Assembly: GCA_963817895.1 (NCBI GenBank)
Contig: CAWFQB010000002.1
Span: forward strand, 288,001-352,000
Origin: an uncultured Chthonomonadaceae bacterium
GTDB taxonomy: Bacteria > Armatimonadota > Chthonomonadetes > Chthonomonadales > Chthonomonadaceae
DNA length: 64,000 bases
Reading direction: 5' to 3'
Shown: positions 37,648 through 48,182 of the stretch, one piece after another
Layout of the letters: every line of letters starts with the position of its first letter
How positions within the stretch are numbered: the stretch's first letter is position 1
Made by a program: the position numbers and the translations under genes
Notes under the pieces: generated by a model
Seen by the model: the letters and a program-made list of their open reading frames with translations, nothing else
Told to the model about the DNA's origin: nothing
Database searches by the model: none

Positions 37648-38647
37648 TTATAATGCGGCGATGATGGCGTCCGTCATGTCCGGTAGTTTTGGCGCTGCCG
37701 CCCAGGTCGCCGGTCATGGCGCGGCCTTCGGCCAGAACCGTGAAGACAGCGTTACGAACGCGATTGCCCGCATCGGTTTCGCCGATATGTATCAGCATCA
37801 TGGCGGCGGATAGAATCAAGGCAATCGGGTTGGCGATGTTGCGGCCCGCAATGTCGGGCGCGCTGCCGTGAACCGCCTCGAACATGGCGACGCCGTTTTC
37901 CCCGATATTGGCGGAAGCCGTCAGTCCCAATCCGCCAATCAGTCCCGACGCCAGATCGCTGAGAATATCCCCGTACAGGTTTTCCATCACCATCACGTCG
38001 AACTTTTCGGGATGCAGCACCATGTTCATGCAGGTCGCGTCCACGATCATCTCGTCGTACTCGATTTCGGGAAAGTCGCGGCGGACCCGGCGCAGGCAGT
38101 CCAGAAACAGGCCGTCCGCCAGTTTCATAATGTTGGCTTTGTGGACAGCCGTAACTTTTTTGCGCCCGTTATCTCGCGCGTACTGAAACGCATGAATCCC
38201 GATGCGGATACACGCGGTTTCCGTGATGATTTTCAGGCTCTCCACCACGCCCGGAACCACGATATGTTCCAGTCCTGCATACAAATCCTCGCTGTTTTCG
38301 CGCACCACGACTAAATCCACATTGTCATAGCGCGATTTCACGCCCGGCAGGGTTTTGGCGGGGCGCACATTCGCGTACAAATTAAGACGCTTGCGCAGGG
38401 TGACGTTCGCGCTGGAAAAACCCGTTCCAATCGGCGTGGCGAGCGGCCCTTTGAGCGCGACCCGGTTGCGGACAATGCTGTTGAACACCTCGTCCGGCAC
38501 GGGCGAACCGTATTTGACAAACGCCTCCGCGCCCGCCTCCAATCGCTCCCATTCCACCTGTACGCCCGTCGCTTCCACCACGCGCACAGCGGCCTCGGAC
38601 ACTTCCGGCCCGATGCCATCCCCTGAAATCAACGTAATCGTATGCAC
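37648..38647 (-). CDS. Isocitrate/isopropylmalate dehydrogenase family protein (NAD-IDH-like); apparent frameshift near the 3' end
   Basis: GDGIGPEV, KGPLATP, RENSEDLY, VHKANIMK, NLYGDILSD, FEAVHGSAPDIAG; the corrected end reads TTDMTDAIIAAL*. Confidence 0.9.
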
Positions 38648-38667
38648 TATGTAACTCCATTCAAGTG

Positions 38668-38810
38668 TTAGCCGCAAATATACGCGAATACACGCAAATG
38701 CAATCCAGAACAGACAGGATGAACAGGATTACAGATAGAGGAAAATTGGCTGATGCCTTTGCCTGAATTGTCCTATTCATTTGCGTGTATTCGCGTATAT
38801 TTGCGGCTAA
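38668..38810. repeat. TAGCCGC(A/G)AAT(A/G)(T/A/C)ACGCGAAT decamer-unit palindromic element
   Basis: tagccgcaaatatacgcgaatacacgcaaatg...catttgcgtgtattcgcgtatatttgcggcta; half copies at about 41417, 59607 and 63734. Confidence 0.8.
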
Positions 38811-39018
38811 AATCATTGCTTGATTATTCTGCGGCTATGTTCGACATTGGCAAGCCCGTTTCCTGTTCGCAAGCCCTATGCTTATTACACACGCAGGAAC
38901 CGGTGAAACATTTCGCGGTTTCATGTGTCAAAATCAGGGATGCGCGGCTGTTTGCCCCCTGCCGTTTGTCACGCTCGTATTGCTTTCACCTTGCGCCGAA
39001 TTCAGGAACTCCATTTTT

Positions 39019-40476
39019 ATGCTACTCAAGCCGTTGCCGCGTCTGCTATTCTTGTGTCCTGCCGCTTTTCTGGCCGCGTCGGGAGTGTTTTGCCCGCTTC
39101 GGAGTGAGGCGAAAGTTGTCGCGTTTGGCGAGGAGCCGCGCCGCGTGGCAGGAAGGGGCATGGACGCGCTGTTCAGCGAGGAGATACAGCAGGCGACCGC
39201 TAAATTGAAATGGCGCGGCGAAACCCTGTCGCCGGATACCGTGTATGCCATTGCGCTGACCGGGCTTTCGTGGCAGCCCGCATGGGGCAAAGAACATCTG
39301 TTTTCGCTGGCATGGGGCGACAGCCGCAAAATTCCGGGTTACAGGGAACACAGCGCGGTTTACGCCAATGTGCTGCGCGACGCGCAGGCCGACTTTGCGC
39401 GGCGGGACTACGGGCGGGTTGTGTCCCTCGCGTCCAACACGTTTTCGCCGGATGAGATCGCCTGCGACGCGAATTTGAAAGAACTGGTCGGGCAGAGCTT
39501 TCTGGAATTGCGGCAGCCGGAACGCGCGTTCCCCATCTTCGCGTCCCCGTTTGAGCCGTCGCGTATCCGGCAGGACGGCACAGAGGCTAATCGGCAATTT
39601 CGCGAGGGCGCGTTCGAGGCGGCGAAACGGGCGGGACTGCAAAAAGAGGCGGTCGCGTTCGGATTGTCCCTGCTGCTGGAACCGGGAACGCCGGACGGAA
39701 AAGTGAACACCTCCGCGCTGCAATTTCTGGAGTCTGCGGGCGTGGACATAGACCGTATCGTACTGGGCATTTTGCAGGCCCCGGAGCGTTTGCGCGGCCT
39801 GCCGTCCTATGCGTATGCCGCGTCCGATCTGCTGACAACCCGCGCCACGCCGCGCCTCCTTCCGTTTCTGATGCACCTGGCGGGAACGGATGATGCGTAT
39901 TTGCGCGGCAGGGCGCTGATTGGCATGGGCATTGTAGCGTATCGGGCGCGGCGTAATGACCCGCCCGGATGGTCGAGCCGGGTTGTGCTGACAAACCTGC
40001 GCGAGTACGGCGTGTCGGTCGGGCAGCGCAAAATGATTGAGGAGGAGATCGGCAAAGCTGTTCGTGGCGACAACTACCGCCTGCGGGCATCCGGCGCGCT
40101 TGCCCTCGCCCTGATGGGCGATGACGAAAACGTTCCCATGCTGCAAAAACTCGCGCAGGATCGCGCCTACGTGCTGTCACCCGAAAACGCCAATCACGCG
40201 GAACATTCCGACCGCTCGGCGCGTGGGGGCAGTGACCATTCCCGCCGCGTGATGTTCCCCGTTCGCATGGCGGCGGCAGCGGGACTGGCGCGTTACGGCA
40301 TTGCCATGGAAGCGGGCGGCGGCGAACTGACGGGCAAAGAACTCGACAAAGCGCAGCGGGGCGGGCAGGACGTGAGCAGCGACCATCGCAACCTGCGCCG
40401 CGAAATCGCCAGCCAGATCGTCGTCACGCCCATAGACGTAGCCACCGCCGCCCCGATGGAGATTCAAAAACGCTAA
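39019..40476 (+). CDS. Exported alpha-helical (HEAT-like) hypothetical protein
   Basis: Signal-like N-terminus; LRGRALIGMG, LRASGALALALMGD and VRMAAAAGLA HEAT-like segments. Confidence 0.6.
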   Translation: MLLKPLPRLLFLCPAAFLAASGVFCPLRSEAKVVAFGEEPRRVAGRGMDALFSEEIQQATAKLKWRGETLSPDTVYAIALTGLSWQPAWGKEHLFSLAWGDSRKIPGYREHSAVYANVLRDAQADFARRDYGRVVSLASNTFSPDEIACDANLKELVGQSFLELRQPERAFPIFASPFEPSRIRQDGTEANRQFREGAFEAAKRAGLQKEAVAFGLSLLLEPGTPDGKVNTSALQFLESAGVDIDRIVLGILQAPERLRGLPSYAYAASDLLTTRATPRLLPFLMHLAGTDDAYLRGRALIGMGIVAYRARRNDPPGWSSRVVLTNLREYGVSVGQRKMIEEEIGKAVRGDNYRLRASGALALALMGDDENVPMLQKLAQDRAYVLSPENANHAEHSDRSARGGSDHSRRVMFPVRMAAAAGLARYGIAMEAGGGELTGKELDKAQRGGQDVSSDHRNLRREIASQIVVTPIDVATAAPMEIQKR

Positions 40477-40570
40477 TCTGAATTATATTTTCCTCTTCTC
40501 CTCTTCTCCTTTTCTCCTCTTCTTCTCAACCCCTTCCGTCAGGTACAATTAAATAGAGGAGAACGCGAAC

Positions 40571-41419
40571 ATGGTGGAAGTGATTGATGCCAACGGGCAA
40601 CTGGTCATACGCATCGGGGGGCAGGAGTACGCCCGGTATGCGTATGGCTCGGCAGGCCAGCCTGTCTGGAAACCGTATTTATATCCGCTTCGCGCCGCCA
40701 ATGGCCTGTCGCTGCTGGCGGATGCCCCCACCGACCACCGCCATCATCACGGCTTCTGGGTCGGGTACGGGCGCGTGGAGGATACCGACTGCTGGCTGGA
40801 ACGCCACAATAGCGGCAAGATCGTGGCGCGAGGCTTTGACAGTATCGAAAGTGGGGGCGAAAACGGCAGTTTCACGCAGTCCTGTGACTGGATCGCGCCA
40901 ACCGGTGACTTGATTTTGCGGGACACGCGCCAGTTCACGTTTTACGACACGCCGGTTGAAGCCCGAATTTTCGACTTTGAACTGAACCTGCGCGTACCCG
41001 GCGAACAGAATGTCACCCTGCACCAGACCAATGAGGCCGGACTGCCCCACATCCGCGTGGCCGAGGGCCTGACGGTACGGACGGGCGGAACCCTGACAAA
41101 CGCATCCGGCAAGCGCAATGAGCGCGAAACCTACAAACAGCGTTCGCCCTGGCTCGACTGCTCCGGCAAACTGGGGCGGCTGGAGTGCGGCATCGCCGTC
41201 TTCGACCATCCCCGTAACCCGGATTATCCGACGCCCTGGTTCACCCGCGATTACGGCCCCTTTTCGCCCAATTTCCTGTTCTTCCGCGACGACCCCTGGA
41301 TACTCACGCCCGACAGCCCGCTGCGCCTGCGCTACCGGGTCTATACCCATACCGGCAACGTACACGAGGGACAGGTTGCCGAAGCGTGGGAGCAGTATCG
41401 GGCGGAAGCAGAGATTTAG
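40571..41419 (+). CDS. PmoA-like/DUF6807 family protein (carbohydrate-associated)
   Basis: KPYLYPL, DHRHHHGFW, FDHPRNP...PWFTRDYG, LRYRVYTH. Confidence 0.75.
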   Translation: MVEVIDANGQLVIRIGGQEYARYAYGSAGQPVWKPYLYPLRAANGLSLLADAPTDHRHHHGFWVGYGRVEDTDCWLERHNSGKIVARGFDSIESGGENGSFTQSCDWIAPTGDLILRDTRQFTFYDTPVEARIFDFELNLRVPGEQNVTLHQTNEAGLPHIRVAEGLTVRTGGTLTNASGKRNERETYKQRSPWLDCSGKLGRLECGIAVFDHPRNPDYPTPWFTRDYGPFSPNFLFFRDDPWILTPDSPLRLRYRVYTHTGNVHEGQVAEAWEQYRAEAEI

Positions 41420-41485
41420 CCGCGAATGAACGCGAATACACGCGAATGAGAACAAGAGAAAGTTAAATGTTGTCAGAAGGGCGCT

Positions 41486-42083
41486 ATGGCTGATTTTGTT
41501 GAGGATGCGTTTGTTGTAAAATGGGTGAATCCATATTATATGAACATTCTGCACGGCAACTACATCTGTCTTGAGGAACCGGAACGAACGGATTTTCCTG
41601 TATGAGGTTAAGATCGCTCTGGATGAGATTACGGAAGATGTTGTTGCGCGGTTGCTTTCTGTTCGTAACTGGCGCGATAAACTGACGGGCAGTTGGTTTT
41701 GCGGACTGAAAAAGTGGGATCAGTTTGCGGAGCAAATCGGCGTAGAGTTTCTGGCAAGCAAAGCCTGTTACGCCGGACAGGGATACGCTTTCGCATTCGC
41801 CTGCTTTGCGGATGAGGTTAGCGTCCGTTACCTGACGGAGTATCTTGACCACTATCTGGCTTTGCCGGATTGCTATTACGATCAGGATTGGGCTATGACC
41901 GCGCTGATGTGGATTGATGCGCAACGCGCAACGTCCCATGCGCAAAAGTATCTTGTGTCGGGCGGATTGTGGGACAACTTCACGGTCAACAAAAAGTCGG
42001 GATGGGACTTGCAGGCGCAAAAAGATGAGTTCTGGCAAATGATGGCGTATTGCCAAACGCGCTTGCTCTCATCCGTAAAATGA
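41486..42083 (+). CDS. DUF6000-like protein (apparent frameshift at about 41597)
   Basis: MADFVEDAFVVKWVNPYYM... joins NWRDKLTGSW...CYAGQGYAFAF...YLDHYL...YDQDWAMTAL. Confidence 0.6.
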
Positions 42084-42122
42084 ACGCTCAACAGATGAGT
42101 ACCTGTCAAGGTAGTACAAGAG

Positions 42123-42188
42123 GTAGGGGCGCTGCTTGCTGCGCCCAAAATGGCAGATTGCTGCGCCCAAAATGGCAGATTGCTGCGC
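42123..42188. repeat. GTAGGGGCG REP-like end plus 22-bp tandem repeat
   Basis: ttgctgcgcccaaaatggcaga x2.4 following gtaggggcgctgc. Confidence 0.6.
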
Positions 42189-42290
42189 TTGGTATAAGGA
42201 GGGTTCCGCAAGCAGAACCCCTACCAATGTACTGCGTTCTATCTTTGGCGGTGTATCAGGTTGCGCGTAACGGTTTGAAAGGCTGAAATA

Positions 42291-42620
42291 ATGGCGACAC
42301 TTCAGGAGATGCAAAAGCGAACGCCCTTCACGATATGGGAGGGCTATACGGACGCGGAAGCGATTGAAGACAGCCGCGCCGTGTATCGGGAAACCGTTCA
42401 ATCCCTCATTGAATTGGGGTGGGAACCGGATAAAGAGCGCGTTCTTGCCATTTTAGGACAGTACATCGCGGCGTTCAACGCGCTGGACGCCAAGTACGAC
42501 GGCTACATTGAAACCGGAGAGCGTGAGAATATCTGTGATACGGTCGAGGAAATGGCTACCGCCTGTGGGCTGCAAAACGTTCGTTGTGACGATGTGCCGG
42601 GGGAAGGGCGCGACTGGTAA
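42291..42620 (+). CDS. Hypothetical protein (small acidic, immunity-like)
   Basis: FNALD...YIETGERENIC...RDW motif. Confidence 0.6.
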   Translation: MATLQEMQKRTPFTIWEGYTDAEAIEDSRAVYRETVQSLIELGWEPDKERVLAILGQYIAAFNALDAKYDGYIETGERENICDTVEEMATACGLQNVRCDDVPGEGRDW

Positions 42621-42662
42621 GCGAACAAACGCCATCAAACCAATGTGAAGGAGAAAACGCGC

Positions 42663-43046
42663 ATGTTTCAGGGCTTGCGAACGGTTATTTACGCGGTAGA
42701 CGATCTGGAAAAAGCAAAAGATTGGTACAGCAGGCTGCTGAACCAACCGCCGTATTTCGATGAGCTGTTTTACGTTGGCTACAATGTCGGCGGCTACGAG
42801 TTAGGACTGATACCCGACGAGTCAGCAAATGACGCGGAAAAAGCAACCGGCGTCACTACCTATTGGGGCGTGGAAGATGCGGATGTAACGTATGCGAAAC
42901 TGCTGGTATTGGGCGCGACCCCGCATGAGGCCGTGCAGGACGTGGGCGGCGGAATTCGTACCGGCACTGTGAAAGACCCGTTCGGGAATGTCGTCGGCAT
43001 CATCTACAACCCGCATTTCGCCATTCCATCTCCCGTAGGGGCATGA
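42663..43046 (+). CDS. VOC/glyoxalase family protein
   Basis: GLRTVIYAVDDLEKAKDWY, YWGVED, DVGGGI, DPFGN. Confidence 0.9.
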   Translation: MFQGLRTVIYAVDDLEKAKDWYSRLLNQPPYFDELFYVGYNVGGYELGLIPDESANDAEKATGVTTYWGVEDADVTYAKLLVLGATPHEAVQDVGGGIRTGTVKDPFGNVVGIIYNPHFAIPSPVGA

Positions 43047-43141
43047 TTTATCACGCCCGGATTGCATATATGCCCGCATTGACTTTGGTGTTCATATTGT
43101 GTTTCGTAATCATTTTTGGCGCAATTTATTGCGCCCCTACG
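43034..43141. repeat. GTAG-type REP inverted pair
   Basis: cgtaggggcatgatttatcacgccc ... ggcgcaatttattgcgcccctacg. Confidence 0.65.
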
Positions 43142-43167
43142 GAAGAATTCGTTTTGGAGTGAAATGT

Positions 43168-43896
43168 ATGGCGAGTAATGAATGTGAAGCGATTAAGACG
43201 CTGGAAGAGGTGAGCGAGGCCGCGACGTTTGCGGGATTTGCGGACGAGGATTTTGACGTGTTTGGCGTACCAACCTTTACCGAGCGCATGGCAAGTCTGC
43301 GTCTGCATGTCAAGCCGAAACTGATACAGATGGGCCAACTGCTGTCTACGCGCCTGTCGGAAGTGGCAGGCGAACCGCTGTACCCGCATGTCGCGCAGCA
43401 TTTGCGGCGAACTGTCAACCCTCCCATACAAACGTGGGTGGCGTTCGCGCGGACGCCAAAGTCGTATAAGCCGGTCGTGCATCTACGAATTGCCATTGGC
43501 GCGGAGCAGGCGCAGTTGCTAACGTTTGTGGAGGATGACGCAGACGAAAAAGCCACGTTTGCCGCCAATCTGGAACGCAACGCCGAGGCTCTCGCCGCGC
43601 ATCTGGCGCATCATCCCACGATACACAGCTTTGATATGACGGATGAAAACGGCGCATTTCGCAGCGGCCACGAACTGGACGCGCAAACCCTGACCGATTT
43701 CGCCCGCCGCATGAACCGCGTCAAGGGACAACATGCCCGGTTCGGCATCCCCCTTGCGCGTACCCATCCCATTCTGCAAAACGGCCCGGAACTGCTGGAC
43801 GCGATAGTGGCCGATTTCTGCGCGTTAAAGCCGCTCTACGACTGCGGCAAACCCGATTTTCAGTTCACTTATACGCCCGAAATCGTTAAGATATAG
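43168..43896 (+). CDS. DUF1054 (YktB-like) family protein
   Basis: GFADEDFDVF, ERM...KPKL, YPHVAQHLRRTVNPP.TWVAF, LKPLY. Confidence 0.8.
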   Translation: MASNECEAIKTLEEVSEAATFAGFADEDFDVFGVPTFTERMASLRLHVKPKLIQMGQLLSTRLSEVAGEPLYPHVAQHLRRTVNPPIQTWVAFARTPKSYKPVVHLRIAIGAEQAQLLTFVEDDADEKATFAANLERNAEALAAHLAHHPTIHSFDMTDENGAFRSGHELDAQTLTDFARRMNRVKGQHARFGIPLARTHPILQNGPELLDAIVADFCALKPLYDCGKPDFQFTYTPEIVKI

Positions 43897-44007
43897 GTTG
43901 TTAGGTTGTTAGGTTGTTAGGTTGTTCAACCCAAACTAGAACGCAAAACGTTTCTTCCTGTAAGACCTAACAACTAACAACCTAACAACCTAACAACTAA
44001 CAACCTA
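43894..44007. repeat. (GGTTGTTA)n...(TAACAACC)n inverted tandem-repeat element
   Basis: Begins in the TAG stop and ends just before the GGAGG RBS. Confidence 0.85.
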
Positions 44008-44021
44008 CCCCGGAGGTTTCT

Positions 44022-44501
44022 ATGAACGCGCAAGAATATATGGCGGAACAGGTCGAGAAGATGGGGCCGATACTGGCGCACTATGTGGCGACAACGGCCC
44101 CGGACAAACTCGACTGGCAGCCGAGCGTGGAGGGCAGCGCCCCGACCCGTTCCGTGTTGGAACAAATCGGGGAGTGTATCGCTGTCAATCGCTTCATGGC
44201 GGCAACGTTGCGCGGCGAGGACGTGAAGCCGCCCGCCGGGGGCTGGCAAGTCCCTGCATTTGCCGACTCGCAGGACGCGCAGCAGCAATTGATTGCCAGC
44301 GCGACGGAACTTGCGGACGCAATTCGCAACATGAATGACGACGACCTGAATCGCGCGTTTCAGATGCGGCGCGGCCCGACCATCGGCAAGAACCTGATGA
44401 TGATGGCGTACCGCAACATGGCCTATCACGGCGGCCAGATCAATCTTATTCAACTGCTGACGGGTGACGAAGAGTTTCACATGCCGCCGCAGTGGTACTG
44501 A
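44022..44501 (+). CDS. DinB-like protein
   Basis: DKLDWQP, RSVLEQIGEC, NMAYHGGQINLIQ. Confidence 0.8.
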   Translation: MNAQEYMAEQVEKMGPILAHYVATTAPDKLDWQPSVEGSAPTRSVLEQIGECIAVNRFMAATLRGEDVKPPAGGWQVPAFADSQDAQQQLIASATELADAIRNMNDDDLNRAFQMRRGPTIGKNLMMMAYRNMAYHGGQINLIQLLTGDEEFHMPPQWY

Positions 44502-44502
44502 A

Positions 44503-44572
44503 GTAGGGAGTAGGTGGTAGGGAGTAGGGAGTAGGCTGTCCACTACTCCCTACTCCCTACCACCTACTCCCT
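44503..44572. repeat. (GTAGGGA)n...(TCCCTAC)n heptamer palindrome
   Basis: gtagggagtaggtggtagggagtagggagtag...ctactccctactccctaccacctactccct between a stop and an RBS. Confidence 0.85.
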
Positions 44573-44585
44573 CTGAGGAGCGTAC

Positions 44586-45272
44586 ATGATTCGCGCTATT
44601 GTATTCGATTTTGACGGGCTGATAGTGGATACCGAGTCGCCGGACTACCATTCGTGGCGCGAGATTTACGAGGCGCATGGCGGCAGTCTGCCATTGGAAG
44701 TGTGGGGCGGCAATATCGGTCTTGGCGCGGCGGATGTGCGGTATTTGCCGTTCGATCAATTGCAGGCGCAGGTGACGCAGGAATTGAATCGTGAGGAAGT
44801 ACACGCGCAGCGTCGCAGGCGTTATCTGGAACTGGTAGACGCGCAGCCGATTCTGGCCGGCGTGGAAACGGTGATTGCGGACGCGAAGCGGCTGGGCTTG
44901 AAGTTGGCGGTCGCGTCAAGTTCGGATTGCGCGTGGGTGACGGGGCATCTTACCCGGATAGGCTTGATACGCCATTTTGAAGCGATTCGCTGCGCCGATG
45001 ATGTCGCCAACACCAAGCCGCACCCGGAATTATATCTCGCGGCGGTATCGGCGTTGGGCGTGAAACCTGAAGAAGCCGTTGCATTGGAAGACTCGTCGCA
45101 CGGCCTGACTTCGGCGAAAGCGGCGGGCCTGTACGCGGTCGCCATTCCCAACCCGATGACCCATCGCCTGCCGCTCGAACACGCCGACCTGCGCCTGAAC
45201 TCGCTGGCCGATATGCCGCTGGAAACGCTGTTAAAGACATTGGAAACCAACACTGTGAAGGATAAAGCATGA
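44586..45272 (+). CDS. HAD family phosphatase
   Basis: FDFDGLIVDTE, ASSS, KPHPELY, LEDS. Confidence 0.92.
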   Translation: MIRAIVFDFDGLIVDTESPDYHSWREIYEAHGGSLPLEVWGGNIGLGAADVRYLPFDQLQAQVTQELNREEVHAQRRRRYLELVDAQPILAGVETVIADAKRLGLKLAVASSSDCAWVTGHLTRIGLIRHFEAIRCADDVANTKPHPELYLAAVSALGVKPEEAVALEDSSHGLTSAKAAGLYAVAIPNPMTHRLPLEHADLRLNSLADMPLETLLKTLETNTVKDKA

Positions 45273-46813
45273 CCGGGGAACCATTGGCATTGTCGCTGGA
45301 TGTGGGAACGTCTTCGACGCGGGTGTTGCTGTGGGATGCGCGGGGGCGTGAAGTGGAGGGCGTTCATGCGCAGGCGCAGTATCAGATGCGTACTACGGAG
45401 GATGGCGGCGTAGAAATGCCTGCCGAAGAGTTGCTGCATCATGTCGGCGAGTGCATGGATCAGGCATTGGCGCAAATCGGGGACAAAGCGGGCTTGATTC
45501 AATGCGTGGGCATGTCCGCGTTCTGGCACAGCGTTATCGGATTGGATGCGGACGACAAGCCGATTACGCCAATCTACAACTGGGCCGATCAGCGTTCGGC
45601 TGCCGTCGCGCAGCGTTTGCGGCGTGATCTGGACGCTCATGCCATACATCAGCGCACGGGCTGCGTTTTGCACTCCTCGTACTATCCCGCCAAACTGGTG
45701 TGGCTGCGGGAAACACAGCGCGAATTATACGACCGGGTGGCGCGGTGGGCGTCGCCAAGCGAGTATTTGTACGGCTGCTGGTTCGGAACGGAAGCGCAGC
45801 GCGTGTCGGTTTCGATGGCCTCGGGAACCGGGCTGTTCAATCAGCAGCAGTGCGATTGGGACGCGGAAACCCTGCGCGCGCTGGACATTCCCGTTGAGAA
45901 ACTCGCGCCGATTGTCAACCTGACCGAACAAACGCAGGGCTTGCAGGGCGAATGGGCCGGACGCTGGGCGGCATTGAAGGACGCGCCGTTTTTCCCGGCT
46001 GTGGGCGATGGGGCGTGTGGCAATGTGGGAAGCGGCTGCCTGACCCCGGCTCGCTTTGCCATCAATTTAGGCACATCCGGGGCCATTCGCGCCTTATGGC
46101 AGGAAGACTCCGCGCCCGTTGCTTCCGCCGATCCTCAGACGACAACGGTACACGCGCCGCAACTGGTGACGCCCTCGGGACTGTGGCGGTATCGGGTGGA
46201 TACGCGCCGCCCCTTGATGGGAACCGCGTTCAGCGATGGCGGCAACGTGTACCAGTGGCTGAGTTGGACCCTGAACCTGCCTGCCGCCGACGAACTGGAA
46301 AAGCAGATCGCGCCAATGGAACCGGGCGCGGCGGGAGTGACGTATCTGCCGTTTCTGGCGGGCGAACGCGGGTTGGGCTGGGACCCGGACGCCCGCGCTT
46401 CGCTTGTCGGCATGAATTGGGATACCAGCCCGGTTGAGATCGTCCGAGCCTGCATGGAGGGTGTAGGCTTGCGGTTCGCCCTTGCCGCGCAGCGATTGCG
46501 CGACGTGTTTCCGCAAAATGAGGCGATTATCGCGTCGGGCGGCGTGTTCAGCCACTCGCCGACATGGGCGCAGATTGTGGCGGACGCTATCGGGCAGCCG
46601 CTGACGCTTGCTCTGGAAGCGGAAGCCAGCAGCCGGGGCGCGGCTCTCCTCGCGTTAGAAGCGGCGGGCCTGATTTCCGCCGCCACAGAAGCGGAAGCGC
46701 GATTGGGCCAAACCTTCGCCCCGGACGCGACCCGCCACACCCGCTATCAGGAACTGCTTCTCACGCAGCAGAAACTCTACACGGAACTCATACAGCCAAA
46801 AGCAGGTGTTTAG
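45269..46813 (+). CDS. gntK: Gluconokinase-like FGGY carbohydrate kinase
   Basis: DVGTSS, SAFWHS, WADQRS, SMASGTGL, GDGACGNVGSG, LPFLAGER. Confidence 0.75.
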   Translation: MTGEPLALSLDVGTSSTRVLLWDARGREVEGVHAQAQYQMRTTEDGGVEMPAEELLHHVGECMDQALAQIGDKAGLIQCVGMSAFWHSVIGLDADDKPITPIYNWADQRSAAVAQRLRRDLDAHAIHQRTGCVLHSSYYPAKLVWLRETQRELYDRVARWASPSEYLYGCWFGTEAQRVSVSMASGTGLFNQQQCDWDAETLRALDIPVEKLAPIVNLTEQTQGLQGEWAGRWAALKDAPFFPAVGDGACGNVGSGCLTPARFAINLGTSGAIRALWQEDSAPVASADPQTTTVHAPQLVTPSGLWRYRVDTRRPLMGTAFSDGGNVYQWLSWTLNLPAADELEKQIAPMEPGAAGVTYLPFLAGERGLGWDPDARASLVGMNWDTSPVEIVRACMEGVGLRFALAAQRLRDVFPQNEAIIASGGVFSHSPTWAQIVADAIGQPLTLALEAEASSRGAALLALEAAGLISAATEAEARLGQTFAPDATRHTRYQELLLTQQKLYTELIQPKAGV

Positions 46814-47009
46814 GTTGTCTGGTTGTGTCCCCCGCAAACGCTAATCATCCCTTCAATTCCGTTCTCGTTGTCCTGCGTTTACAGCGAAAAAGAGGAATTG
46901 AAGGGACATTTTCCGCCTGCTGAAAATTTAATCTTATCTTAATATGTATAGGGTATTATAGAATTATCAGGCGACAAAACCGAACGGTGACTGCCGCCGG
47001 GGAGCCTGA

Positions 47010-48158
47010 ATGTCTACACGCTGGATTGAAATTGCCGATTTGCTGCGAACTCTCATTTACGAGGGCAAACTGTTGCCCGGTGAGCGGCTGGCCTCGGAAA
47101 CCGAACTTGCGGAACAATGGCAGGTCTGCCGCATGACCGCGCATCGCGTGATGGATGAACTCCAGCGCGAAGGCATGGTTGTTCGCAGGCGGCGGGCGGG
47201 AACGTTTGTGGCCCTGCGCGTTGCCGCCGAGGCTGAAAGTGGCAGCCGCGTGGCTCCAGCGCAGAATTCGGAAGCGGAGGCAGGCAGCCCTTCGATAGCG
47301 GGATCGGGAGCCATCGCGCTGCTGTTCTCTTATGGCAACAATCTGCCGCAGGCGGACTACATTCAGGGGATTCGTAGCGCTCTTCCCGATGAACGCCCCT
47401 TGCTCTACTGTGACACGGGCAACAACCCGGAGCGCGAAGCGCAACATCTTGCCCGCTTTGGCAACGACCTTTCGGGCGTGATCGCGTATCCGACCTGCGC
47501 GCCGGAAAACACGAGCCGCTTACTGGCATTGAGCGCGCGGGGCATTCCAATTGTGTGCGTAGACCGTTCGCCCGAAGGATGGGCAGGAACCGCAGTTGTC
47601 ACCGATAACTACGCTTCCACGCTGGACGCTTTGCGCAGCCTCACGGCGCGGGGACACCGGCGCATCGTGTTTATGGGCTACGAGGAGGAACAATTCGCTG
47701 TCAGTTCAACCCGCGAACGCCGCGAAGCCTTTATGCAAGCCTTACAGGAAGTGAGCGAAAACCCCGACCGTTGGCTGCTGCTGATGCCCCGCGCATTAGG
47801 ACACGATTTGCCGCAAATGGTAGATGTTGTTGCTGATTTGCTGCGGCCTCTATGTCAGGGGGCGGCTGCGCCGACAGCCCTGTTCTGCAAGGATGATTTC
47901 GTCCTTGCCGCCGTGCTGGAAGCGTGTGACCGGCTGTGCATTGCCATTCCCGATGACATGGAGATACTGAGTTTTAGCGATTACCCGCCCATGACCCTGC
48001 GCCATTCGCAAGCCGTGCATCGGCTGGTTCAGCAGTCGCAATTTATGGGCAAAATCGCGGCGGAACGACTGATTTCCGGTTCCATGCAAATGGAGCCTCC
48101 CGGTCAAATCATTCGCGTTCCCGCCCTGTTCCATTCGGCGCATATCATCAAGACGTAG
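47010..48158 (+). CDS. GntR-HTH regulator with LacI-type sugar-binding domain
   Basis: LPGERLASETELAEQWQVCRMT...GTFV; PIVCVDR, TDNY, PTALFC. Confidence 0.88.
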   Translation: MSTRWIEIADLLRTLIYEGKLLPGERLASETELAEQWQVCRMTAHRVMDELQREGMVVRRRRAGTFVALRVAAEAESGSRVAPAQNSEAEAGSPSIAGSGAIALLFSYGNNLPQADYIQGIRSALPDERPLLYCDTGNNPEREAQHLARFGNDLSGVIAYPTCAPENTSRLLALSARGIPIVCVDRSPEGWAGTAVVTDNYASTLDALRSLTARGHRRIVFMGYEEEQFAVSSTRERREAFMQALQEVSENPDRWLLLMPRALGHDLPQMVDVVADLLRPLCQGAAAPTALFCKDDFVLAAVLEACDRLCIAIPDDMEILSFSDYPPMTLRHSQAVHRLVQQSQFMGKIAAERLISGSMQMEPPGQIIRVPALFHSAHIIKT

Positions 48159-48182
48159 GTGTTTCTACAAAGGAGTACAACA

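Noticed and set aside
40571..41419. Methane monooxygenase subunit
   Set aside because: The 'PmoA' family label is a known misnomer for this soluble family; there are no TM helices and no pmoB/pmoC.
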